Part shown: piece after piece, positions 50,980 through 63,003 of the stretch
How positions within the stretch are numbered: position 1 is the first letter of the stretch
How the letters are laid out: every line of letters begins with the position of its first letter
Assembly: GCA_040954595.2 (NCBI GenBank)
Contig: CM082580.2
Span: 6,083,519 to 6,147,518, forward strand
DNA length: 64,000 nt
Source of the DNA: Balanoglossus misakiensis
Taxonomy: Eukaryota > Animalia > Hemichordata
Direction: 5' to 3'
Notes under the pieces: generated by a model
Database searches by the model: none
The model's input: only the letters and a program-made list of their open reading frames with translations
What the model was told of the DNA's origin: nothing
Position numbers and translations under genes: made by a program

Positions 50980-53900
50980 CGTACGTACGTACGTACGTAC
51001 GTACATAGACAATGGCAGATACATGGCTATGCAGAGAGTCACACAGCAGAATTGTCTGCTGATTACTCAGGTCAGGTCATGATTGACAAACTCATTGATC
51101 ATTGTATATGTAAATTTGTCCATATTTCATCAACATGTATTTTCTTTTCCACTCCCCCTTGCCAGCAGCTGTTTCATTTCACTCGACGTCAACAAATTTC
51201 TTTAGATACGAAATGACCCAGCGTTTTACTGCCACGTGCGTGCACTTAAATTACACGATCGTAAATTTGAAAGAAAAAAAATGACAAAAGAGGAGTGTAC
51301 AGAAGTCCAGCGACCTATATTTGATGGTTTATATGTATCAGTGGGCAAAACTATTCTTCCGTGCGGACAAGCTGTTGACGCAGCATTGATTTTCATCATT
51401 AAAACATCGTGTATAGATCGATATACTCCATGGAGAATGTTGACACTGTGTGTGACTAAAATTGTCCCCACTTATGGTGCCAGGGGATTTCTGCCTGTGT
51501 TTTATTTCCAGCAGCGTTAAAAAAAGTCAGATTTCAATCAAATCTTCTCACATAGGTGTACTGTTGACCATACTATCATCCAAAATTGATGAAATTACAC
51601 AAACAAATTTAATAGACTTTGATCCGTTCTTTGGTTCATATATGTGATAACCTCTCTTTCGTTGATTCCAACAAATGTTGTCTGGTATGTCGTAAAACAT
51701 GCATAACAGTGTTTGGTTTGGAATGGCAAAATATAAAAAAATTGTCATTTTGGTGGAGGGGGATCGTATATATATACTTCATTTCATCCGTTGACCGGGT
51801 CTCCTGGGAGAATTAGGTTGAAAGATTGCCCCATCCTGACTCAAGAGGGCAGTTGGGAAACAAAACTACAGCTGCATATAGGAATAAAAAATGAACTTTA
51901 GCACGTACTGCAAAATTATTTTGGATATACTAACGATTTTTAGTTTTCAAAGAAATTTATCTTGCCAGTGGTTTACTCACAACTCTCTCTCTGTATGTGT
52001 CTGTCTGTCTGTCTGTCTGTCTCTCGCTCTATCTCTGTGTCTGTCTGTCTGTCTCGTATTTTTGCCACACACAGCCTGTAACTTCTGCAGATGTGAAAGA
52101 CATCAAATGTTTGTGTGCGGAGAGCGAGGAGCTGAGGCAGTGCTGGGTGACTGGAATCCGATTGGCCAAATATGGAACGCAGTTACTCCGTCAAAATTAT
52201 CAGACAGCTCTCAGACGACAAGCCAAACTTAACGATCTCCAAGCAGCATCCAGTCCTAAAACAGTAAGTTGAGTAAACTTTGTGTGTTCTGTTCTTTTGT
52301 TATATATATATCCTTTCCTTTTGTTATCAGCATCAGGAATACAAAACAATCTTGAATGTTTTCGAAGTCAGCACACATCGGGATAAGAAATGTGTTAATT
52401 CTTATCCACCTTCACATCCAAGATTTTTATGCAAGTCAATGCAAATTTTCAAAGTGACTATACATCTATCGATGGAGATGCTTGTTCATAAGTACTGATC
52501 TGTTGTGCAAATGTGTGCATTTCTTTGAGGCTGTGAGAGCCATATTCACCCAGAGATGGTTGTCATATCCCATCTTTCTTTTTCCTTTTGCAGATCCGTG
52601 CCGGTAGTGACAGAGTGGCAATGGATTTCACACATCAGCAGGGAAGAGTGGTGCAGAATCCCACGGAAGCCATGGCAGTGGCCATAGCTGAGGGACATGA
52701 ATGGAGAGTAAGCAAATATTGGATAGTAGTCATCCATTTAGCTCCTGTTTGGTATATGTGCACCAGTGGGAGCTTATGGTATTAGTCTGTTTCTGTCTAT
52801 CTGTATGTACATTGTATGTACATGTACACCACTGTATGTACATACATATATGGGTATGCATGTGTGTGTATATGTGTGTGTGCGAAGAACTGTGGCTTTT
52901 TGTGTATATATTGCACGGTGGACTGTTGTTTGGTGACAGATACATCCAGTTTCAAATCCAAATATTAACTGCTGGTTGAAACATACCTTTACAAATACAC
53001 AAATATGGTGTGTATGTACTTTCTGCGTATTGAAAAATGTCATTGTTTCAAATTTGAACCATACCCTATGCAGTATGGTGCCAGTGTTTCTAATGTGTGC
53101 CATACCTTGCGCATATGGTTCCAATGTTTGAATCATGAACAGAAAAAAATTACACTATATGGTCAAAGTCAATGAAGTGCTCATAATACAGTAATACATG
53201 CATATGTTTAAAAAGAAAACAGCGGAGAAAATAATTTTATATGCTTTCATGAAATCTTGATGATCGCCTGTTATAAATTCTGATTGACTGATACAGAGCC
53301 CCCTTTCCAAGAAAACCGGAAAAAATTTCAGCAGAGAACATATGCCTTGCAATATATTTTCTATGGTGCTCAAAATCAAACGTTAATATTTTTTTTAATT
53401 TTTCCCAGAAAAAGGGTAGCCACAGGGCGATGGGAAGCCCGCACCTGAGCAGCAGTCCTCTGTTGTCAACCTCTCTTCCTGCAGGAAGTCCTATTCTCAC
53501 AAAACATAAAGGAATTGAAGTGGGTGAGTAATGAACCAAAGGACCAACATTTCCTAAGTGAACAGTGGCACAAGTCGGGAATTGTACAAAAGCATTGCAA
53601 TAATTTTTCGCCTCAGGGACACATTTTCAGAAAAATGATAGTCTTCAAAACCTTCCAGTTCTTTGCTATATTGCGGTGTATGGAGAATCATTTTGAAAAC
53701 AAAGAAGAATTAGACTAAGTGTTGACTATCTCGTTTTCATGAAAATCGATACATGTACATACATCGAATTTTCTCCATGGACTAAACGCAGATATTGGCG
53801 GCCATTTTAATTTTGAATTTGAGACTATAGCTATTTGACACAATCGGAACTGAATGTAATATTATATACACATTTTTGAAAACTGTAGGAAATTGAAGTG

Positions 53901-54520
53901 AACACTTCTATTTCTTGGCTATTCTGTTGCAAACAAATGTTGTAGTGTATACTTACAAGAAATGGGCAGAATTTAGAGAACATTGGATAAAACTGGGAGA
54001 TATTTTGACTTTGTCAAATTTCTGGGGCGTTATAGCTCATGGGCCTCTGACAACCAATCATTTATGTTCATTTGTTCACCAGGTGTGCACATTACTCAAC
54101 CGTGGTTTCACAGCGGATTGACGAGGGAGGAGACAGAGCAGCTTCTCACCCAACACGGAACCATCGACGGACTCTTCCTTCTTCGGGAAAGCCATCGACA
54201 ATTACGTCACTATGTACTGTCACTTAGCTATGCCAACAAGATCAGGCACTATCAGATAAGTCCGGTAAGTTCCCCCCCCCTAATTTTACCCATATCAAAA
54301 AATATCACTTGACTTCACATATAGATGAAAGCAGTTTAACATTCATCAACTTTTTTGTCCGTTTTTCGCACAGATTGAAGACCAACATGGTCACTGCTGC
54401 TACACGCTCGACGACGGTGCGACAAAATTCATGGACCTAGTGCAATTGGTGGAGTTTTACGAGCTCAATCCGGCGGGTTTGCCGATCAGACTTCGACAAT
54501 GCTGTACAAAGCTGAAATAG
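28447..54520 (+). CDS. GRB10: Growth factor receptor-bound protein 7/10/14 family adaptor (RA-PH-BPS-SH2), about 620 aa, most GRB10/GRB14-like
   Basis: 13 phase-consistent exons: 28447-28591, 31018-31292 (PALPPRPP; VVPDPFPEL, the family PNPFPEL motif), 35887-35955, 38973-39135 (RA: IKVYSEDG..WVLVEQL), 44753-44874 (ERCLEDHE..FRKNFLKY), 45060-45149, 46823-46963 (PH: SWKKYFFMLRGSGVYFSTKGTSK), 49080-49190 (KYGAPTD), 52075-52263 (CWVTGIRLAKYG), 52594-52707 (BPS: VAMDF..GRVVQNPTEA..EGHEWR), 53409-53523, 54083-54264 (SH2: WFHSG..GLFLLRES), 54374-54520 (LDDGATKFMDLVQLVEFYELN..*). Total 1863 nt. Probably co-orthologous to GRB7/10/14. Confidence 0.93.
33522..33679. mobile_element. MITE with AGGGGAGAACCATTTGATT-type TIRs (TTAA-associated, Kolobok-like)
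   Basis: AGGGGGAGAGCCATTTGATTTC...AAATCGAATGATTCTCCCCT|TAA; second copy at 48600-48821. Confidence 0.6.
35354..35438 (+). mobile_element. piggyBac-type MITE (85 bp), best-preserved copy
   Basis: TTAA|CCCTTTCA...TGAAAGGG|TTAG; same family at 17024-17110, 43763-43847, 48838-48937 and 8435-8525. Confidence 0.75.
43763..43847 (-). mobile_element. piggyBac-type MITE copy (reverse orientation)
   Basis: CCCTTTCACCCCCAGTTCCC..GTGGTGAAAGGG, 85 bp, approximate reverse complement of 35354-35438. Confidence 0.7.
46509..46636. repeat. Decayed fold-back element (MITE-like, about 128 bp)
   Basis: Arms ATCAGATGTAGTGTTGG and CTAACTCTACATCTGAT, with inner pairs CTTTAC/GTAAAG and TGGCTG/CAGCCA. Confidence 0.6.
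47064..47086. repeat. (GT)n microsatellite
   Basis: About 11 GT units. Confidence 0.9.
48600..48821. mobile_element. Second copy of the AGGGGAGAA-TIR MITE
   Basis: AGGGGAGAATTATTTTATTTC...GAAATCAAATGGTTCTCCCCT; shares the internal segments ATTGTTGGCAGA and CTGACATAC with 33522-33679. Confidence 0.6.
48838..48937 (-). mobile_element. Degenerate piggyBac-type MITE copy
   Basis: TCCAACTTTTACCA..TTTGGACCAAACCATGGTGGTGAAGAGG|TTAA. Confidence 0.6.
50879..51006. repeat. Compound microsatellite (ATAC)n(GTAC)n
   Basis: About 24 ATAC units followed by about 6 GTAC units. Confidence 0.95.
51984..52054. repeat. (TCTG)n/(TC)n low-complexity tract upstream of the acceptor of a Grb PH exon
   Basis: Imperfect TCTG repeats ending about 20 nt before the acceptor at 52074. 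Confidence 0.8.
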
Positions 54521-57485
54521 GACTCACTTCAGGGCCCAGACCGGCCTGATGTGAATATTTAATGTTGGAATTAATTGCAAAGATCGGGCCTGAAAAAACT
54601 AACCAGTGAACCACAATACAAGTTCTGTATTGGATTGTTTTCCTAATTAACATTATGCACACTCCTTTTAGTTCTTTTTTAAGGTGGTATATCTCCCATG
54701 GATAGGAAAGTGTGAATTTCCAGAAAGACTGGAAACTGGACTAAACCAAGACTGTGTTAAACCAAAGCTTGACAGGCCCCATTGTATGCAAAAGTCAAGA
54801 CGAAAAAAAATATATGTTCTCAAAAATTAAAAAATCCATGTGCATTGTGTGACTACAATTTCAAATCATCTTGGAAAACCACCCTTTTTATGTGACAGAG
54901 TACAGTGCTACAGATTATGAAACGCACGGCTGAAAATCCTAATCTAAACGTGGAAGAAAAATATCTCCATGTTATTTTGAAATGAAGTGTGACTGGCAAT
55001 CAATAACTTGCACCAGATACCATAAAAATGGATCGTGTGAAACAGCATAAAAACTGTGTGGAATGGGGTATGGCGTAATCAGGTTAAACTGACTTTTGTT
55101 CAGGTAATTTGTTTTATTATAGCGGTATACCAGAGAAATGTGCGGGACATTGTTGTTATTTATCATAATTAAATCAAAGTACTAGTCCGCAATAAATCAT
55201 GAAATGTTGATTCTGACTGGAATAGAACCACACAACTTTGCAGTCAGTTTTCACTGTGGGTTAGAGATTAGAAGGTTGTTCATTTTGCTTTTGATACCTT
55301 TCTGACTTGCCGGTTACATGATTCATTGCACCATCCAGTCAGTCAGTCAGTATCTGCCAACCTTTGCCACAATCCCATGACCTTCATTCAAATTTTGGTA
55401 TGACCCAAGGGTGATCTGGAAATATCTAGACATATCAAAAGAAGGTCCACCCCATACTTGTCCTTCAGGAAAATTATTAGTCACCATAAAATCATGCCGT
55501 ATCGTTTACGACCAAATTCTGCCAAATATGATTTTTCTTCCCAGTCGGCAGAAAGAAAAATTTACAACTTATAGCTGTTACTTTAATTTATCTGTTGAAC
55601 CCTGAGGGGTGGATAAAAGTTGGAGTGAAATATAATGTTGGGATTAAATTTAAATCCTCGTTTTAATCAGGTGCTGCTATGCAAGAAGTAACTGGTGCAC
55701 TTTGGCAGAGAAAAATTTTATGAGAAATCTTAAAGAAGAAAATTGTATAAATGGCTAATTAAATGTTGTGGGCCGCCTTGAAAAGGTGCTTCCTGGATAT
55801 TCAGTAATTATGCGGGGAAATTGAAAACCTTGTGTGGTGTTCAGTGGGCGAGAGGTGAGTGTTTGTAGGACATTGTGTTTGAGAAATCAGCTCAACTGAC
55901 GTGGGGGTTGCAGTCAAATTTGGCACCCGTTTTATTCAGAGCGATAGACTCTGATAATAGGGAAGTGTTTGCTACAGTTGTGTGTCAGTAAAGTGGCAGT
56001 GCTCAGCCTCACTGCGTTCTCCAGTTTGCATGAGAGCATTCAGTTTTGTATTATATTATATCGATGCTGGATGCATTAATCAAGTCATATCAAAGGAGAA
56101 AAAAATGGCAATCAGGTGCTTGTAAAAATTGCTAGAAAACGTCTGTGTTCTTTAAAAACACACACTATATGTAGTGTACTTCGATAATGTGGGTTTCACC
56201 ATTTAATGAAAAGGAGTTTCAGAGATAGTGCAAATTATGCCTTCTGCGATTGCCATGGTACCACTCATGGCTGTATATGCTTTTCAGACTTCTCGGATAT
56301 ACCCTGGAAGCTTATCCCGTTCGAGGGTGTTAAGATCAACTTGTCTCTGCCAAAGTCTGTTGGATTGGAACATTTTAAAAATACCAATAAAATTAAGAAA
56401 CTACTCAAAAGTGGCAGCATAAAAGTACTGCCTCGCAGTGCCAAGTTACATTATGACTATGAGGCAGCAACTGACAACTACAATCTGGCTCTGCTGTTTT
56501 GTAGGGTTTAGATCGTCACAACTCATTTATTTGTCAGCCATGATGTGCTGAATACAATGTACACTAAGCTACACATGCTTGTGATTGTTTTGCAGTCTTT
56601 AGGTTCCAAAATATACCCATTCAATCTGTACCTCTTGTAAACTGGTACTCAATTAAGTCTTTTCAATGAAAGATCAAGACAGTACTCTGTTGGGATTTCC
56701 ATACAGGAATTTTTCAGAAAAGGGCATATGGGTATATAATTAACTCAATTTGGAGAATGCAAGAGCATGTCTTCGAATATAAGTTATTTAGAGTGAGAAG
56801 ACAGAAATTTGTTCAAAGAAGAAGCGCTATTTCAATCCATGAATTGTATCGTCATCATTTTGATAAATTATGAATTTTCTCACCCGTGGTTCTTTAGTTT
56901 ATCCACAGTTCAACTCCTCAGTTTTCCCAACCACTGTATTTTAATCAAGACTGTGGTTTTCAGGTGATCACACTCCGAATGATTGCCCCCCCCCCTGAGT
57001 TTCTAATTTGCATACTACCAAATACTGTTTGTTGTGTTTTCAATTCTCATTCTGTTCATCATGCATGTTGTATTTCCTTTTAACTGTTAATCTCCATTAG
57101 TCTGGGAAAGTTTGTTCAATATTAACACGATACTAAAATTTACAAAAATTGATACTGTGACGAGGTCATGTGATATAAAGAATGCTTAACCTGCCTCCAT
57201 AGCAGTTCTTGCAATAGTAAATAACATTAAGAGATTATACCGATATAGTTGTTATTTGTAAATAATGTTGACAGGTCTTTCACCCTATAGGTACAGAGTA
57301 TAGTAGTCATTAATATAGATTAGTGTAGATTTCGTTTACGTCCGTATCAAGTGTCAAATGTAACACTATAAAAGATTTTACCATTGTAATTGTATCATGA
57401 TAGTGAATGAAAACTCAATTAAATTGTTTTATCCTCTATGGCTGTGTGTCTGTTCATTGTTTTTGAAGAGTATGATTCTATGAAC

Positions 57486-57640
57486 ATTTTTACCTCCCGT
57501 GATCACATATCACATGAGGTAATGTTATAGTGCGCTCTGTGTGTCCGTGTGTGTGTGTCTGCCTGTTAGCATGATATCTCAAGAACAGCTGATCAGATTT
57601 CGATCAGGTTTGATACATGGGTTCTCAGTATTGGAGTACA
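57486..57640 (+). mobile_element. Fragment of a Helentron/HINE-like non-autonomous element
   Basis: T-run, short hairpin TTACCTC..GTGAT/ATCAC..GAGGTAA, then (TG)n/TGTC microsatellite and GATATCTCAAGAAC; this layout is typical of such elements, but the family call is inference. Confidence 0.45.
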
Positions 57641-60230
57641 ACCAGCAAAAGTTGATTTGACGTGTCAATTTTATTCACTGAAAGAATACAGTGTTTTGTG
57701 TCATTTACTGGTACAATCACGGTAACTGGGGAGTACCGTGGTACAATTGACAATTTATATGCACATAGGTATTAAGAAGTCAATAATAAAGATAATAATG
57801 ATAATAATATTAAGGAAGTTTAAAAGCTTATTATAAGTTACTCATAAATAGGAAATGAGGTCAGAAAGTTTGCATCACACGGTAACATGGTCCGATATAT
57901 GAATAATGTTATTCTCCACAAAAACTCAATAATGGGTATACACAGACATATCAACCTCTAATTGTGACTTTACATTTATATATGAACATGTTAAAAAATA
58001 AACAGGCGGCAAACCTGTTTATTCAGAAGCCCATTGCAAGAATTATGCTTCATCGATCTGTGATATAAATAAGGTCTATTGCACAAAGAGAAATCTCTTG
58101 AGGATTACAGGATATATGTACTACGGTAAATACTCCGATTGGCCACATTCTTCCTCTATATCTCTGACTTGTCTAACTGTTGACTGCAATTAAAAGGCTT
58201 GGATCTTGGAGAAGAAATGTAAACTTGATTGATAAATGTATTTCTAAAAAGTAATAGTAAGGTGATAGATAATGTAGTATATAATTATAATGTAGTATAT
58301 ATCAACCATGACGACAGCATCAGCAGTTCATTGCTGTATTACGCCATTTACGGATCGACTGCCTATCCAAGTTTCCATGGCAATGCACCAAGAAAACATC
58401 AGCCTCTGTACACATACCAATAGGCACAACTCTGAAAATTGTCTGGTTGTCCACATAGAACACTGCCGCAGTCAGTTTGCATCATTCAGTCTAGAGTAGG
58501 CCTATTCTGTGAACCATACACATATCATGTCTCAAATCTCTGCCAAAATTATGTCCTGCATCCACTGATCACTTTGAATGAACAAAACTGTATATTTACA
58601 TCACAATTGGTGGTTACTAAGCACTAAATGCATTTACATGTAAGAATGAAGTGTGTAAAATAATCCATAAATATAATATAATATGATATAATATAGTAAA
58701 GTAAGATAAAATAGTATACTGTAGTATAGTATAGTATATGCAGCTCATGCATATACATGTACTAGTATGTCGTGAATTGTGCCATATCTATTGGTATACC
58801 AAGTTTAGTTTCTCAAATATACATTCACATCTTTTTCATTTTGCATCTTTATGTATTTATAATAACTTCATAAAAATCCATTAATGGATTATGCATTGTT
58901 AATATTTGAAATTCACATTGACGAAGTAGGATTTAACCATCTTTTTCGCGAAGATAGAATTTTAAAAATCAATGCATTTGTGTTCTCAAAGAACTGCGGA
59001 AAGTTTAGCTTCAGCTGAAGGGGTGAAGTGGGATCTACATACAGGAAAACAAAAGGGAATACATCTACTGTGTTTTTTAGGTTTATACAATCGATGCCCT
59101 TGGGAGCTGTCATCAGCTGAATCGAGATTCCCATCAACACTTCAAATGAGTTTATGCTCCACGGAGTTTGTGCCCACTGGGCAGTGGAGCTTACTGAACG
59201 ATTCAATATCGTCAATGACAGAAAATGTCCCTTGCAAGTTTGTGTCAAATTAAATCTCAAGTTATATCTATGAATGTATATATTTATGTGCATATTATAG
59301 ACATATTATGTGTGAGACTGAGGTATTTGCGTATGTATTATATAGATATACCATAGATTTTGTTTGAAAGGTTACTTTAGGTCATGGCATTAGAAACCAG
59401 GTTGCACAATAACTACTCGATACAGTTGTTAAGGAACAAGACATGAAAGACATAGGTCGTGTTGCTTTGTTACGTAGATGATGTAAATGTACTGATTTTC
59501 TGCATCGCCCCGAAGGAAATAACCTTATGACACCGCGTTTCAGTGTGGGCAGCCATTGATCATGGTTTTTGTCAATAGTGGAGGGGGAGCAATACCGGAG
59601 TAAAGGGGAGGTTTTAGTAAAGACTATTAATGACGCGACATGCAACCCCTTAGGAATGCGTGCACCGCGTATTTTGTAATCTAGTTCCACCTTGAGAAAG
59701 CCATTCAGAATAGAAATGTTCTCTCTGGGTGATGTGAACGAACTTCTTCTGTGAACAGCGCTTGTCAAACTTCATTGTCAGCCTATTACCACTGGACACA
59801 GATTTTCACACAAATTGTGGTCGCTAGAGGGCGCTGCACACTTGCTCATTTTTTTCTCAAAAATGGGGGGGGGGGATAGCAGTAATTGAGAAATATTTCA
59901 AGTGACTCCATATTTTGTTCACACTACTTGTAAAAATTATGTAAATCTAACTTGTTCTGAAAAAGAGCAAAGCTCTTCGATGCATTAAAGCTATGTTACG
60001 TTAAGGGCTCAGCATAAATTATGTAAATATGACATCTCTAGATTTCTTTTGAAATCAGCCATGACATCACTATGATATAATTATGTAAGCTGACATTACC
60101 CTCTACCAAACAATTATTCTTCACATCAGCTGTACTCTAGGGTCTTGACGTAAATATGAAAAATCTTGCACCAATGTAGAGATTTCTTGCATCGGCAGTC
60201 TGTTGACAGTATTTGCCAAGAAACTGTTGT

Positions 60231-63003
60231 CTAAGCAGTGTGGGCCGCCAGTAGTTTGAGTATTTCTTTGGCAGTGTCTTCCGACCAGTAGGCCATCACC
60301 CCTCCGCTGTTTGCCCACTTCAGCCCGGCCTTGCAATCCTCACTGTCCGGCTTGTCGTAGCGGACAGCTGCATCGCGAAGGCAGTCGCCACCCTCGCTGC
60401 AGCGCGTGGCTCTCTTCAGATCGACTACGCCACCACCCATGGAGGTCAGAATGGCGTGGGGCGCGCAGCTGTCCCATTTGAACGTGGAGCCCCGGGAGAG
60501 AATGTAGACGTCTGCGAACTTGTCGGCCACGCAGAGCGCTTTGTATCCCGCCCCGCTGGCGTACTGGTACTTTCCTTTGGCTTCGGTCTCGACGACCGAC
60601 TTTATGTTTGCCTGTTCGCTCGCACTCAACACGGCCAGCGGGTGAGAGCCTCTCTCTTGACTTGAATGACCTTCGGGATAGGAATTGACTTGGACGCCCT
60701 TGTAGCAAACTCCCCAAACGTATCTACCATGCCACCTGAAAACGTAGAGAAATCACAAATTAAGGTCTCTCATGATATGATCATCTACAATCCGCAGTCA
60801 GAATAAAAAAAGGCAAGGCAGTTGGGGATATTTGCCATACAGGAATATTACACTGGTGGTTTCAGGATAAAAGTTGTAGGAAAAAAACCCACCAAAGTTA
60901 CTCCAGTCATTTGTCCAGAATTAAATAATTACGACCCATATAAATTAGCCATTATTGCAATTTCAAAAGGCAAACACTCATATCAGCTATTAAATGCTGT
61001 AGTTCATCAACCCTTTCACCACTTACTCTGAAGTAGTCTTGTCCTGCCAAGCAAATGGTTGATTGATGACACCGATGACTGGCAGACCAGTGTTTCTGTC
61101 GTAAACCCCAATCAGGACAGTGGCGCACTGCAGTCCGTTCTCATGAATGCCATTCTCAGCCTCATTGTCCGATATGCCTTTAATATATTCAGCCGTTGAA
61201 TCTGCAATGTAGTGCAGATCACTTGAAGAATGAATTGATTACAACATAACTGATGTGTTTAACTTTGTTTTATAAAAAGTGACTAATAGGCTTGTCCAGT
61301 CCAATGCCAAAGTTACCTATCTGGGGCAGGCAGATAGTCAGTCATTTCAAACTCTGATGCAACATTTAATGTTGTTGGACAGTGAAATAAGTCTGGACTC
61401 AAAAAAAGTCAGCTTAATATGACAGTGTCATGGAAAGTAGAAACGAGTATCTGTTATCAACAGATGAATAAAAATCGTGAAAAATTATCACAATTTACCA
61501 AAGGCTACTGTCCCATTAGGATTTTTATTGAGTAAACTGAAACGTGGCGGCATATCAGATGATATGATTCTGGCAGTTCTATTCCACTACAAGCTGCATC
61601 GCCAAGGCAACCAACACTGTAACCAGGGGGGATGGATATCAAGAAGAGTGTTTTTTAAGAAATAGCTTGTTAAAATGACTTCAGCGCTTGTATCTGGGAT
61701 GACTGTAACAGATTACTTGAAAATGTTGTTTTTTTAGACAAGCCTTTCAAGAGATTACAGCTACCATGGCAACGTGCGGATCACATGGCAATTAGAAGGC
61801 AGGTAATAGGGGTTTAATTGCAGGACACAATGCAATGCGAAGCTGATGAAATTTGATAAAAATTGATCTCATCGTCCATTAAAATTTTGAACCGGGTATC
61901 ATAAAGCTATTAGAGTAAGAATGACTGCAACGAGATCGTATCAAATGTTTGAGTAACCCCCATCTCTCTTGGATTTCCAGAAAGCGATATCTATGGATTG
62001 AATTTCCCCCAAAATGGCAAAATAATCATCATTGTAAAAGAAATCGTCCTCTTACCGATTGGATCGATCCAGATGGCCAGAGAACTGGCATCCAGATCCA
62101 GCGCCAATTTGCTGACTTTCTCGTCGTTCACGTCGGCCAGTTCTTGGTGGATGACTCGAGCCAGGATGTTGGCGGCGGCGGTGTTGCCGTCCAACACTTT
62201 GCCGAGTAGCCGCGATGTGTCCTCCTCCGCGCCCTGCACGGCCACTGTGATGGATTCGCCCAGGGTGTTGGTGAATAGGTTGCTCTCCTCGCCGAAGATG
62301 TGATCCCTCATCTCTGCAAACTGGACACACATCACAGAAAATTTCATCGGATACCAGTGTGGTCGAAATTATGCAAAGCTTTTTGTGCCACCAATATTTC
62401 AGTTCACAAAACAACAGAAATAGGCTTTATATCAAAAAAAAAATTGAAATAACCAAAAGAATGTCAAAGATTGAGCAGCTTTGTCCCTTTATGTTAAAAT
62501 TGCAGCAAATATGGCTAGACTGAACCCAGCATAAACTGCATGGATATGACATAAATGAAATATTTTGCTCATGTATGTATTTCCCGTTATTAAATATGTT
62601 TACAACTGTACAGATATTTTCTTTGAAACTTCTGTGTAAAGTGAGTCACGTATGACATGTTCTGGAAAACCGTTCAATCAGTAGATGTTCATTTAAACAA
62701 TAAAAGGGAATGTTCAGTCATATCAAAATCAGTTATGGCACAGTTGAACATTTTATCAAAAATGAAAAACACACACACACAATACGACAAAACACCTACT
62801 TTTTCTGACACACCATGCTTGATCATTTCCTGGATCAGTACATCAGCCAACGTCTTGAAGTCTTGGACAAATCTGGCATTCTTGGCAGCGCCGGTCTTCT
62901 CCTCCACCAGGAGCTCAAACAGAGCATGCTCCGACCGAATCACTCGGGCCAGGTTGGCTGCTTTCTCGGACAACCCAATCAGCAATTGCAGAAATTCAGC
63001 CAT
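60231..63003 (-). CDS. INPP1: Inositol polyphosphate 1-phosphatase (Li+-sensitive, IMPase fold), about 382 aa
   Basis: Exons 62800-63003 (MAEFLQLLIGLSEKAANLARVIR..DFKTLADVLIQE), 62056-62320 (IFGEESNLFTN..WIDPI), 61027-61201 (DSTAEYIKG..LIGVYD..GVINQPF), 60231-60735 (..SGAGYKALCV..TFKWDSCAPHAIL..WANSGG..*). The DPIDST metal-binding motif spans an intron; total 1149 nt. An acceptor at 63054 implies an upstream non-coding exon. Confidence 0.95.

Noticed and set aside
50848-51042. ORF with MYVC repeats
   Set aside because: Translation of the (TATG)n microsatellite.
60340-60717. Overlapping 125-aa ORF in the INPP1 last exon
   Set aside because: Alternative frame of a GC-rich exon with no independent support.
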